Below, piece by piece: positions 24,840-35,187 of a stretch of 64,000 nucleotides of DNA. The translations under genes and the position numbers were made by a program. Location of the stretch: contig CP120461.1 in NCBI GenBank assembly GCA_034226945.1, positions 744,001 through 808,000 of the forward strand, in the 5' to 3' direction. Origin of the DNA: Picochlorum sp. SENEW3 (taxonomy: Eukaryota). The stretch's first letter is position 1, and each line of letters begins with the position of its first letter. The notes beneath the pieces were generated by a model. That model saw nothing but the letters and a program-made list of their open reading frames with translations. It was not told the origin of the DNA and made no database searches.

Positions 24840-26529
24840 ATGACGAGTAGTTCTTCTTCTCAGAATGTGGTCCTTGTTGGTTTCTTGAGACTGTTTGGTT
24901 CGTCTTACAGATGGTCTACGTCGTCGAGCATGGCCGAAATACTCACATGCATGTCGATGATTGTGTGCAGGATCGCAGCTTGGGGCGAGAATCTTGACAT
25001 TTGTGCTCAATCTTGTAGCAGCAAGGTTGCTCAGTCCAGATGACTATGGTGTTTCTGCTGTGCAGTTTCATCTCATTAATTCATCAATTGTGTTTTTGAG
25101 CAGAGAGGGGGTGCGACGAAGCTGTCTTCGTATTGAATATGACGGATCGAATCAATTCAAATTACTGTGTGCATCGTTGATGGCTGTGCCTGCTGGGATA
25201 CTGTTTTCAGTATCTGGAATACTGTTGGTTGGACACATGACTGTTGGTCATACATACCAGGTGGCTGCCCAGATGCAATGCATCGCTGCTCTCTTGGAAA
25301 TTATATCCGAGCCTTTCTACATCTTTTCGACCGCTCGGATGTGGTTTGGAGTGAGGACTGGGTGCGAAGCAGGAGCGAATATTGTAAAGAATTTTGTGTC
25401 CGTCTACTTGCTGGCCCGGGGACATGTTGCCCCGAGTATGGCAATGTCGTGGGGTCAGATGGCGTATGGAGGCAGTTTGTTAGTATTGTTTATGATGAGT
25501 TTTACCCTGTTTGATCCACTGTGGGCGGGTTCGATTGTTCGGCATGCATCATCATCCTGGCGCAGGATGTCTGTCGATGCAGAGACAATGGCGCTCTATT
25601 GGGCATTCAGTATCCAGGCTGCCGGTAAATTGGTATTGGCAGAAGGCAGCAAGGCAGTATTAGCGATTATCACAAGTCCTGTAGTTCAAGGGGTGTATGG
25701 ATTGGTGAATAATCTTGGGTCTCTGGTGGTGAGGACGCTGTTCCAACCCTATGAGGAGATTGTTTTTGTGGCATTTAGCAAAGAAGGGGGTCATACGACG
25801 TCGAAAGTTCGATTGACATCTCAATCAGACTTGTTGTCAAGTCTGTGTCAATGTATATGTATCGTTGGGGGTATATCAGCATGTTTTGGTCCGTCATATT
25901 CGTATGTGGCGTTGAGAATCTTGTACGGAGAGAGGTGGGCATCCAGTGATGCGCCAGCAGCTCTTGGTCTGTACAGCATATATGTCGCTCTTTTGGCCTT
26001 GAATGGGACATTGGAAGCGTTTCTGCATGGAGTTGCTGATAAAAAATACTTGCATCAGAATAATATGGTGCTTGTGATAACCTCTCTGATACACATTGGA
26101 CTGAGTGTTGGTGCTGTCACAATGTATGGTGCCCTTGGGCTCTTGATGGCAGACAGCGTCAACATGATTTTGAGGATACTGTATTGTCGAGTATTTATGA
26201 GTACGTACTTTGAAAGGATTGGAGGCTTGAAAGCAATTCGAATAGGTCCTTCAGCAAGGACTGTTATGGTCTTGGTGACCAGTCTTTGCTGCACCAAGGT
26301 GTCACAGGCTGTGTTTTTACCGGACACATTGACTGGGTATGACAGGTATCTTGGTCCAGTTCTAAAGATGTTGGATATGGCCTCGACGATCGGGTTGTAT
26401 CACAGGATGGCTGCGCATGTGTCCATCGGAGCAGTATTCTTGGCTGCAGTGATGCTGACCGTGTATCGTCATGACATGGGGAGGTTGGAGATGGCATTCA
26501 GGAATGTACGCAAAGAGCATCAAACCTAA
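24840..26529 (+). CDS. RFT1: RFT1 (Man5GlcNAc2-PP-Dol translocation protein), 2 exons
   Basis: SQLGARILTFVLN, FLSREGVRR, QGVYGLVNNLGSLVVRTLFQPYEE, LALNGTLEAF. Intron 24898-24970. Confidence 0.93.
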
Positions 26530-26604
26530 AGGCAAATGATAATGTATACGTATTTATTTGTATAGATATCGATACTGTGAATGGATTCCCGATATTTCGC
26601 ATGA

Positions 26605-28338
26605 ATGACGGTATTGTTTGCACATGCTCGACATGCCGTCAGGAGTGCACGGGCGGTGAGGCATTCTGCGGGGAGTTTCCTTGGGAGATGGTACACGACA
26701 GATGATTCTTTAGAATTTGATGTGTGCATTGTCGGCGCAGGGGTTGCAGGGTTGAGTTCAGCAATTAGGTTGAAGCAGCTTGCTCAGGACAAGGGCAAAG
26801 ATGTGTCTGTTTGTGTGCTTGAAAAGGGCAAGGAGGTGGGATCACACGTTCTGAGTGGTTGTATTTTGGAGACTCGATCGTTAGACGAGTTATTGCCTGG
26901 ATGGAAAGAAGATTCCTCCTGTCCAGTGAAGCAGGAGGTGACGAGAGATGGTTTATACTTGTTCTCTAAGCAGGCTGCGATTCCGTTGCCCAAGGTCAAA
27001 GCCATGAGAAATAAAGGGAATTATGTGGTGAGTTTGAGCCAAACAGCACGATGGTTGGGAAAAAAAGCGGAAGAGCTTGGGGTAGAAATATTTCCGGGGT
27101 TTGCAGCGCAGGATTTATTGTTTAAAGGTGGGATTGTTCAGGGTGTGAGGACAGGAGAATTTGGGCGTGCCAAAACAGGAAAGGAAAAAGCATCATATGT
27201 TCCTGGAATAGAAGTCAAGTCCAAATTGACCTTATTGGCCGAAGGATGTCGAGGGAGTCTAAGCGAGAGTGCAATTCAGACATATTCTTTACGGGACAAG
27301 GGCCATGCAGATCCCCAGACATATGCGCTGGGAATCAAAGAAATTTGGAAGGTGAAGCCTTCGGTTCACAAGCCAGGTCATGTATGGCATTCCATAGGCT
27401 ATCCTCTCCCTCACAATGTGCATGGTGGGGCTTTTTGTTATCACATGGGGGCTGACCACATGGTGTCCTTGGGGCTTGTAGTGGCACTCGATTATTCTAA
27501 TCCCTATACATCCCCATATGGAGAATTTCAAAAGCTAAAGAGGCATCCAAAAGTTGCAAGTCTTCTCGAAGGAGGGGAATGCATTGAATATGGCGCACGG
27601 TGCCTTAATGAAGGTGGTTTGCAAAGCCTTCCACACCTAGAATTTCCTGGTGGAGCACTTGTGGGAGACTCTGCTGGATTTTTAAACGCACAGAAAATAA
27701 AAGGAGTACATACAGCTATGAAGAGCGGGATTATAGCTGCTGAAAAAGCATTTGAGGGTGCTCTCTCCATGGATGGTTATGATGATGCTGTACGGGATTC
27801 GTGGATATATGAAGAGCTCTACAAGGCAAGGAATATCAGACCAGGATTCTCGCTGTTGAATCGATACGGTGGATTAGCGTATGCAGCTTTGGATTCCATC
27901 GTTTTGCGAGGGAAAGCGCCATGGACGTTGAAAATGCACAAGCAAGACCATGAACATCTTTCCCCAGTGAAAGACTTGTCTGTGCAGGATAGACCAGTCT
28001 ATCCTGCACCAGATGGTATCACAACGTTCCACATCACAGAAAGCTTGTATCGAAGTGGCACGAACCACGAGCACGATCAACCTTCGCACTTGAAGCTTAA
28101 GAATCCAAAGATTCCATCTGTGGTGAATGCCCCTCTCTATGGAGGGCCAGAGGAGCACTACTGCCCCGCTGCAGTATATCAATACGCACAGGATAGTGAT
28201 GATAACGCCCTTCCTTCGCTGGAAATTCATGCACAGAACTGTTTGCATTGCAAAGCGTGCGATATCAAAGACCCTTTGAGAAATATCACATGGACTCCAC
28301 CAGAGGGTGGTGGTGGGCCATCATACTCGAATTCATAA
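26605..28338 (+). CDS. ETFDH: ETF-ubiquinone oxidoreductase, mitochondrial
   Basis: FAD motif IVGAGVAG, EGCRGSL, KIKGVHTAMKSG, 4Fe-4S motif NCLHCKACDIKDP, PEGGGGP. Confidence 0.96.
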   Translation: MTVLFAHARHAVRSARAVRHSAGSFLGRWYTTDDSLEFDVCIVGAGVAGLSSAIRLKQLAQDKGKDVSVCVLEKGKEVGSHVLSGCILETRSLDELLPGWKEDSSCPVKQEVTRDGLYLFSKQAAIPLPKVKAMRNKGNYVVSLSQTARWLGKKAEELGVEIFPGFAAQDLLFKGGIVQGVRTGEFGRAKTGKEKASYVPGIEVKSKLTLLAEGCRGSLSESAIQTYSLRDKGHADPQTYALGIKEIWKVKPSVHKPGHVWHSIGYPLPHNVHGGAFCYHMGADHMVSLGLVVALDYSNPYTSPYGEFQKLKRHPKVASLLEGGECIEYGARCLNEGGLQSLPHLEFPGGALVGDSAGFLNAQKIKGVHTAMKSGIIAAEKAFEGALSMDGYDDAVRDSWIYEELYKARNIRPGFSLLNRYGGLAYAALDSIVLRGKAPWTLKMHKQDHEHLSPVKDLSVQDRPVYPAPDGITTFHITESLYRSGTNHEHDQPSHLKLKNPKIPSVVNAPLYGGPEEHYCPAAVYQYAQDSDDNALPSLEIHAQNCLHCKACDIKDPLRNITWTPPEGGGGPSYSNS

Positions 28339-28387
28339 ATTTATTTATACGTCTTACAAGGCCATTACAACCCACATACTATAATAA

Positions 28388-28845
28388 TTACTTGTTCTTC
28401 TTTGTACCACGAAGCTTCTTTGTGCGGTTCTTTCTCTCCTTTCTCTGCTTTCTAGATTTTTCTACGGCTTCAGCAAGACCATTTCTGATCAAGCGGTACT
28501 TTGGCTCAAACTTCTTTGCTGCCTCAAGGTTGTCGTAGATGAGTCCGAATCCAGTGGACTTGCCTCCTCCGAACTGAGTTCTGAGGCCGAACACGAAGAC
28601 GCACTTCTCATCCTTGACGTCATACATCTTTGCCAGACGCTCCTGAAGCTCAGCCTTGGACACATTGGCACGTCCTGGGTGGATCACATCAGTAATCTAC
28701 AACACAGCCATTACAAGTATCAGATACATCACATTCGACAGCATCATCTGTCAATCATCACAAAGCAACGTACGAATTGTCTGCGTGACAAGAGCCTATT
28801 GGTCATGAACTTGCGAGTCCTCACAGTGCAACTCTTTTCCGCCAT
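28388..28845 (-). CDS. RPS24: 40S ribosomal protein S24 (eS24), 2 coding exons
   Basis: [38 protein letters not shown]...[16 protein letters not shown]. Intron 28773-28697. Confidence 0.97.
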
Positions 28846-28928
28846 CTTGCCGAGATTAAACTAATCTGTATCACAAATGGATATAAAAATCAGTCAGATA
28901 TGTCATTAAGGGTCAAAGAATTAAAAAA

Positions 28929-29200
28929 TGTTGGGCCCGCAGACAGCAGCCTCCGCCGGCTTGGCGATTTCAGATCTTCACCCTATCAAACGACCCCTTC
29001 GATAGGATACCAGGCCAGACAAAGACAAACAGAGAGAGACAGCGTCGCAGGGAATATTACCACACTACCGTCCTAAAATAGGCGGCTGCGATCACATTTC
29101 TCCTCCAAGTATTCACTGCAAAATACTCGAGGGCTTGATGACCACAGGAAGCGAGGTGCCCTCCATGTTTCCTCTGCCGGCGTCTGGCATCACACCACAA
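28929..29200 (-). ncRNA. Candidate structured ncRNA in a probable long 5'UTR intron of RPS24
   Basis: Several stems (11-bp hairpin 29008-28980; possible GCCAGAC/GTCTGGC long-range pair), ending in ACA followed by T6. No coding signal. Confidence 0.3.
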
Positions 29201-29397
29201 CGGACCAATCGCCTCTATTTTACCATTAATCCTCACAAATACCATACCTTGATGACAGTTACAATAATATAAATTGGGATGGTTGCGTGGAAGGCCACTG
29301 GCCGCACTCTATGTCCAACGAAGACATGGCCTCACGACCGCCTCCCGAATCCCTTGTCCAAAAAGTGTCATTCTTGTGTTACATGTAAAAACATATT

Positions 29398-29760
29398 CTA
29401 CGTCGCAGACTCCCCATGACGACTGCCAGAACGCATAGATTCTCTCTGCTGGCGCGTATAATTCTCCCGTCGAGCAACATCGATTCGCTTCCTATGCCTC
29501 TTTACTGTCGACACTGGATCAGCAGTCGGAGGCAGATGAACATACCGAATGGCACTCGCCCTCATGTGCAATGATGACGACTTTTGTGTCCTCCCATACA
29601 CGTCTTTTATCACAACATCCTTCATCACGATGTTCATTCCGCCATCCACACTCTCTAGGCTACCCTTGACGACGGAATCACTATGGAGCTCCACGATACA
29701 CTGAGACCCTTCCAACGCCTGCAGAAAGAGCGACAACGTCGCCGGATTCTTTCGCGGCAT
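29398..29760 (-). CDS. LSM10: Lsm10-like Sm protein (U7 snRNP-specific type)
   Basis: TLSLFLQALEG.QCIVELHSDSVVKGSLESVDGGMNIVM...D.YG...IRYVHLP parallels metazoan Lsm10 (SL..LLQGL.G...VDLRDES...G....VD..MNI...RYVHIP). It lacks the SmD1 RG tail. Confidence 0.75.
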   Translation of the reverse strand: MPRKNPATLSLFLQALEGSQCIVELHSDSVVKGSLESVDGGMNIVMKDVVIKDVYGRTQKSSSLHMRASAIRYVHLPPTADPVSTVKRHRKRIDVARRENYTRQQRESMRSGSRHGESAT

Positions 29761-29800
29761 CCGCACTCTATCAATAAAAAATGAAATGAAATTCTTTGCA

Positions 29801-30274
29801 CTATAACGACGTGGCTCCCATCTCAATATGAAACATCATCCACGCTAAAAGAGTATTGTACAACACAACCATGCCAGGTATTGTGAGATTATCCCTCTTG
29901 TAACGCTTCTTCGAGAAATGAATCTGCGCCAAATGATCTGCCCGCTTCTTGGACACAGAAGGCTTCTCTCGTGCAATCTTTTCTCTCGTAGACACCACCC
30001 ACTTGAGCGAACGTGGCACGTTTGGAGCCTCCTCTGGGCTTGGAACTCTGTAGTATGGACACTTATCCAACAGAGAGTTGTCTGGAACGAGACCAAACAA
30101 ACTATGTGATAATTTTGTTAAATTACCAAACGATAAGACGATTGTTGCCAACGTATATCGTAAAAAATGAGCCTTTTCTACTCGTTCAAACTCGAGAGCA
30201 CTGAAATCAGTCCGCCGGACGGTATACACTGGTTGATGACGCAGGCGATACGCGCTCTTCGCCTTGCATTTCAT
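29801..30274 (-). CDS. Hypothetical protein (157 aa)
   Basis: Open frame filling the space between DusA and Lsm10; no recognisable motif. Confidence 0.3.
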   Translation of the reverse strand: MKCKAKSAYRLRHQPVYTVRRTDFSALEFERVEKAHFLRYTLATIVLSFGNLTKLSHSLFGLVPDNSLLDKCPYYRVPSPEEAPNVPRSLKWVVSTREKIAREKPSVSKKRADHLAQIHFSKKRYKRDNLTIPGMVVLYNTLLAWMMFHIEMGATSL

Positions 30275-30480
30275 CTCATCTTTTTGTAACTATGAGAATG
30301 CCGACAATCATCCACAGACACAGCATGATGAGTAAAATCATTGCTGTCTTTTTCGTACGAAATATGGAACAAAATCGATGCTCTGATGGCACCCAAATAC
30401 CCCTCACACGCCTCCTCATTCCATATGAATCACCATGAATACAAGAAAGAAGCATTAAATCACCGCAGAGTGCCAATTTC

Positions 30481-31779
30481 ATGTCGTATGTGACTGCCAG
30501 AGCGTGGCTTTTCAGAGGGATGCAGCAGAGTCCTACAGAGGTTTCCATGACTGGTAACCTCATAAAAAGGCTTAAAACCACTTCTTCAGTATCAGCATCA
30601 TGTATAGAAACACAGAAAAGCAGCCTGCCAGCCCAAAAACTCAGCATTGCGCCCATGATGGACTACACAGACGTGCATTACAGGCAATTGGCTCGTCTCA
30701 TGTCCAAAAACACATGGCTGTATACAGAAATGGTCGTGGATAAGACATTAATCTTCAATCCAAATCATGATAAGTTCCTCTGGTTCCCTCCTGAGCAGCA
30801 TCCAATATCATGTCAGTTGGGTGGTAGTGACCCAGAGAGCCTGGCACAGGCTGCCAAGGTGGTGGCGTCGTATGGATACGACGAAATTAATTTAAATTGC
30901 GGATGTCCTAGTGATAAAGTAGCTGGAGCTGGGTGTTTCGGCGCAGCCATGATGCTACAGCCAGAGAATGTCGCGGCGTGCTGCTCAGCCATGGCAGAGG
31001 CAGCTCCCTCCATTCCAATCACTGTCAAATGCCGCATTGGCGTCGACGACGTCGATTCCTACGACAGCCTGCATAATTTTATTAGAATTGTTTCCGCAAA
31101 GTCACCAGTCACGCATTTCATTATTCATGCGAGAAAGTGTCTGCTCAAAGGACTGAGTCCTCATCAGAATAGAACAGTTCCCCCATTGCGATATGAATGG
31201 CTGCTTGCATTGAAACGAGACTTCCCTGATATTCAATTTTCATTGAATGGGGGCATTCTTACACTGGAAGAAACCCGTGCAGCCCTCGACTATCCCTGCG
31301 CCCATGGCACGGATGGCATCCATGGGGTCATGATTGGACGTGCAGCGTACAACTCTCCATGGAAAGTGCTCAGTGGTGCAGATGTTGCCATCTGGAACGA
31401 GGACAGCAATCCAGGAAAGAGCAGAAAAGAAGTATTGTACAAGTACGCCGAATACGCTGACGCCATGGTCGGGAGATGGCACGTGAAGAAGGATGGGCAT
31501 AAAGTTCCCAGTGTGAGAGTACTCGTGAAACCAGTCATTGGCATGTTTGCTGGAGAGAAGAATGGCAAAAAGTGGAGGGCAGGCGTGGACCAGGCATTGC
31601 GAACAGCCACGTCGGTCACCGAGGTATTAGATGCAACCTTACCAATCCTGCCAGATGAGGTACTCGATGCTCCTCCATACACCGTCGTGCGTGGAGCAAG
31701 CACACCCACCGTTGCTGACATTCTTCCTAGTTTGGGAAAAGAGCTGCCCACGCTGGAGCCAGTGGCACAAGAATCATAG
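30481..31779 (+). CDS. dusA: tRNA-dihydrouridine(20/20a) synthase, DusA-type
   Basis: SIAPMMDYTD, QLGGSDP, EINLNCGCPS, VKCRIGVDD, IHARK...GLSPHQNRTVPPLRY, GVMIGRAAY. Confidence 0.93.
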   Translation: MSYVTARAWLFRGMQQSPTEVSMTGNLIKRLKTTSSVSASCIETQKSSLPAQKLSIAPMMDYTDVHYRQLARLMSKNTWLYTEMVVDKTLIFNPNHDKFLWFPPEQHPISCQLGGSDPESLAQAAKVVASYGYDEINLNCGCPSDKVAGAGCFGAAMMLQPENVAACCSAMAEAAPSIPITVKCRIGVDDVDSYDSLHNFIRIVSAKSPVTHFIIHARKCLLKGLSPHQNRTVPPLRYEWLLALKRDFPDIQFSLNGGILTLEETRAALDYPCAHGTDGIHGVMIGRAAYNSPWKVLSGADVAIWNEDSNPGKSRKEVLYKYAEYADAMVGRWHVKKDGHKVPSVRVLVKPVIGMFAGEKNGKKWRAGVDQALRTATSVTEVLDATLPILPDEVLDAPPYTVVRGASTPTVADILPSLGKELPTLEPVAQES

Positions 31780-31977
31780 TATATTTTTCCAATTTGATGT
31801 AATAATCCATTCATTCTTGAATATAGTATACTCGAGTGCATGTGAAGATGGAGGCACGTTTGTAAATGCATTTTGGATTGACTGGGGTACATCAGCCGAC
31901 TTTTGTCATCACCAGCATGTTGGAGTGATTCGAATACAATACCAAGGTATTTATTTAGATAGTGTGTGGTTGGGACG

Positions 31978-33262
31978 ATGGACAGGCTTCATACGTGGAA
32001 GCTTATGGCTGCGGAAGACATTCTGAATAGTCCGACTGTCAGGGACGGTTGGACTGCTGTGCACGAGGCTGGAGTTCGGAAAAAGGCTGGTCGAGTGATT
32101 TATGAATTGGCAAGTACGATGGTGAACCCGGTGCTGAGAATGTGCGTCCTTATTCTAATCTCCTCTGGGTTTTCTTCTCTGTCTTGTTTTTTCCTAAAGG
32201 AAGGAAGGATTTGTGTATCGAGTGGGATTGAGTGAATGCATGGTTGTTCTTGATACCGTGTATTAATATATGTATGTATGTGTACAGGAGTATTGGAACA
32301 GCAGGGATGGCCATGACGTTTTTTGTTAGGTTCTACTCGAGAAAGAGCATGGTAAAAAACCATCCATTTGTACGTCTGTGGTTGGACTGTGTTCTTAGGA
32401 ACACATGATATTGCTGATGTGTGTTGAATGTTGCGTATAGGTGATGGCTGTGGCGTCGTTATTCCTTGCGGGGAAGGCGAATGACGAACCGCGCAGTTTG
32501 AATAGACTCATGACCCAGATGCTCAAGCAGTGGTATGGACGGGACAATCCAGAGTTAGGGGCATTGCTAGCACACCCAGATAGGATGTATGAATTAAGAA
32601 ATACGGTGGTTGGTGCTGAAGAGATTCTTCTGATCACGTTGGAATTTGATCTGAATGTGGATATCCTCACCTATGCTCTTGCACAGTTTGTCAGGGATGC
32701 TCAGAAGAGCAATGTGCAGGCATTGGCGCCTCTGAGTATGGATGTGTCTCAGGCGCAGTGTAAAAAGATATGTAGTAATATCATGAAATGGGAGAGCTTG
32801 CTCGTGTTGCAGTATGACGCGAGGACAATAGCGTTGGGGATTTGTCATTATTTCTTAAAGCATGGAAAGGACATACAGGTTCCCGAGCCAGGAAAGGATG
32901 GGAAGGAATGGTACGAAGAATATGGGTTGTCGGTCGACGCATGTAGTGATATTTGTAGTAAAATCAGTTCCGCGAATAAACAAGCAAAGAAGGCAATGTC
33001 TAAGACTGCCAAGATGAACAGGGAAGGCTCGGCACAAGGAATACCATCTGCATCTCAGAAGCAGCAGTATTCTCCCATGTATCAATCCCGAGAAGGATCT
33101 CCTTCTAAAAAAATTCGTTTGGGTCAGATGAGTGAACTCGATGCGACGCAATCGTGCTTTACACAAGCATCACAGTATGAACATCCTCCCTCCTCCTCTC
33201 AAGGGCCTGGGAATGCAGGTGACGACGATAGCGAGAGTCTCGAGGAGGGAGAAATCAGATAA
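31978..33262 (+). CDS. Cyclin T/K family, 3 exons
   Basis: ILNSPTVRDG, AMTFFVRFYSRKS, ASLFLAGKANDEPR, EEILLITLEFDLNV, C-terminal LEEGEI. Introns 32142-32287 and about 32370-32440. Confidence 0.85.
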
Positions 33263-33282
33263 TCGTAGTATATTTATTTTTG

Positions 33283-34926
33283 TTACAGATTAGCATTGAG
33301 CAATGATTCCACCTCGGTGAGGTTGACAACAATATCAACAAGTGTGTGTGCTTCCACACATTCTTCAACATTACAGTTTTCTCCGTCCCATAACTCTCCG
33401 CCAAATAATCTCTCATCATCTGGATCTATATACACACCTTCATGCAGCCGTGTGGCCTTCCATCGAACATGGCGTACATCACCAAGTGTTTGGGTCTGTC
33501 TCAAAAAGGTGTTCTCTAAACTGATGAGCCAATTCCTCTGAACAAGTTCAATGACGAGGGCTCCCGGCCGTAAAAACATCGCATTCGCTAAACCTGATGT
33601 ATGAGAAGAGACTAAAATATGTGTGCGTGCCATGATGTCGAGTTGAGCAGACACGGTGACATTTGATGTCAGTTCCACCTCTGAGACAATGCCATATGAA
33701 GACAGCATCTTTTTCAAGTCTTCTCTATTCGTGATCCGTCTATTAGAGCTTTTATGCAAAAGTGTGATGTTTCTATTAGTATCTACAGGGGGGAGAGGTT
33801 TGAGAGTTTTCCCATACATGGAATACATCCGTTCCCGAAACAGGTGTGCATCACGTTGAGCCTCCGTACCAAACGCAGTCGTTGTACCGTTCTGGATCAC
33901 ATCCTTCATGGCAATGATGTTCTCAAAGCATAGCCATTCATCTCCAGAGACACCTTCAAAATTCATTCCTATCTGATTCCAATATGATCCTACTTCCTCT
34001 TGAAAGATGATGGGCGGAAGATGTGTTCCCTTTTTTAGACCAAACGCAGCTCCCAACGCAGCCCGTACCCATTCAAAAATAAACGATCGTTTCATATGCA
34101 TTATGATGACCGCACATGGACTCTGAAGACGGCCTGCTATCCTGCGAGCACTCATCATTGGGAGAAGATACTCCAACCAATGCCCAATGGCCGTGGGATG
34201 GGTAAAATAAGAGAAATCCACCAGCGCCACATCCCCTTTAATATACGTCACATTCACGTTTTCCTTGAAACATTCCGTATTATTCACCACGAGCGCATAC
34301 ATGTCAATATTGGAACTGATCTTGAACGGTGACTTTGTTATTGGTTGCTCCACCAGCCTATAAAAATCCCCCCTCGTGAACCAGACATTCTTCATGACCC
34401 TATATTCCCCATAATCAAGTATATTAGTCGTCAGATTATTTGTCCACGCCGATTCAGGACCACGACTGGAGAGCAAAGCATGCTCTATGGTGCACGCAAC
34501 TGGCCTTTCCTTGGTCCACCTCCCACCATCCTCATCCCAAAACTCGTACGTCCTCACCCTCCATAACGGTGAGCTTCCCTCAGCAAGCTTCTTCTTCGAG
34601 CTACTAGTATCATGAGGACTATCATCATCTGGGGATATCCTCCACATGCAGGACTCTGGAAAGTATCCATCCTCCCCTTCCAAAGACAGTGAATATCCAA
34701 CCAACTTCTCCTGCCACCTCTGCCATTGATACCGCAGCGATGCGAATGTATTTTTTACATTGTACATACCACGTTTACTAATTCCGCCCGTATATCGACC
34801 CAGAACTAAAGAACCAAGAGCAGTGAGTACGGCCACAGCAATCGACAAGGAGGAAATATAGCGCAAAGGCTTCTTTGCTTCCTTCTTCTGCTGCCGATGC
34901 CTTTTGGGTTTCTTCTCCGGTTTCAT
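33283..34926 (-). CDS. GT61 (DUF563) type II membrane glycosyltransferase
   Basis: TM anchor, IGHWLE, NRRITNREDL, QLDIMARTHILVSSHTSGLANAMFLRPGALVIEL. Confidence 0.8.
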   Translation of the reverse strand: MKPEKKPKRHRQQKKEAKKPLRYISSLSIAVAVLTALGSLVLGRYTGGISKRGMYNVKNTFASLRYQWQRWQEKLVGYSLSLEGEDGYFPESCMWRISPDDDSPHDTSSSKKKLAEGSSPLWRVRTYEFWDEDGGRWTKERPVACTIEHALLSSRGPESAWTNNLTTNILDYGEYRVMKNVWFTRGDFYRLVEQPITKSPFKISSNIDMYALVVNNTECFKENVNVTYIKGDVALVDFSYFTHPTAIGHWLEYLLPMMSARRIAGRLQSPCAVIIMHMKRSFIFEWVRAALGAAFGLKKGTHLPPIIFQEEVGSYWNQIGMNFEGVSGDEWLCFENIIAMKDVIQNGTTTAFGTEAQRDAHLFRERMYSMYGKTLKPLPPVDTNRNITLLHKSSNRRITNREDLKKMLSSYGIVSEVELTSNVTVSAQLDIMARTHILVSSHTSGLANAMFLRPGALVIELVQRNWLISLENTFLRQTQTLGDVRHVRWKATRLHEGVYIDPDDERLFGGELWDGENCNVEECVEAHTLVDIVVNLTEVESLLNANL

Positions 34927-35187
34927 TGCTTGTTTAATAAATCAGTAGATGGCATTTTGGAATTGGACACAATTTGAATCCGAATTCAAAGGTTGACTTT
35001 CCTTTACAGTCAATCAATCGGTCAAAGTGTATCCTTGATCGGATATATGAACATACATCAACTTTGAGGGCGCATTCCTCAAAGGTATGTCATGAGTGGT
35101 CATGGCGACTGATTCCATTCGTATACCATTAATTTGATAGGATTCCAACATTTGTACTCATAGAGGAGACCCAGGGACCAGATACCC

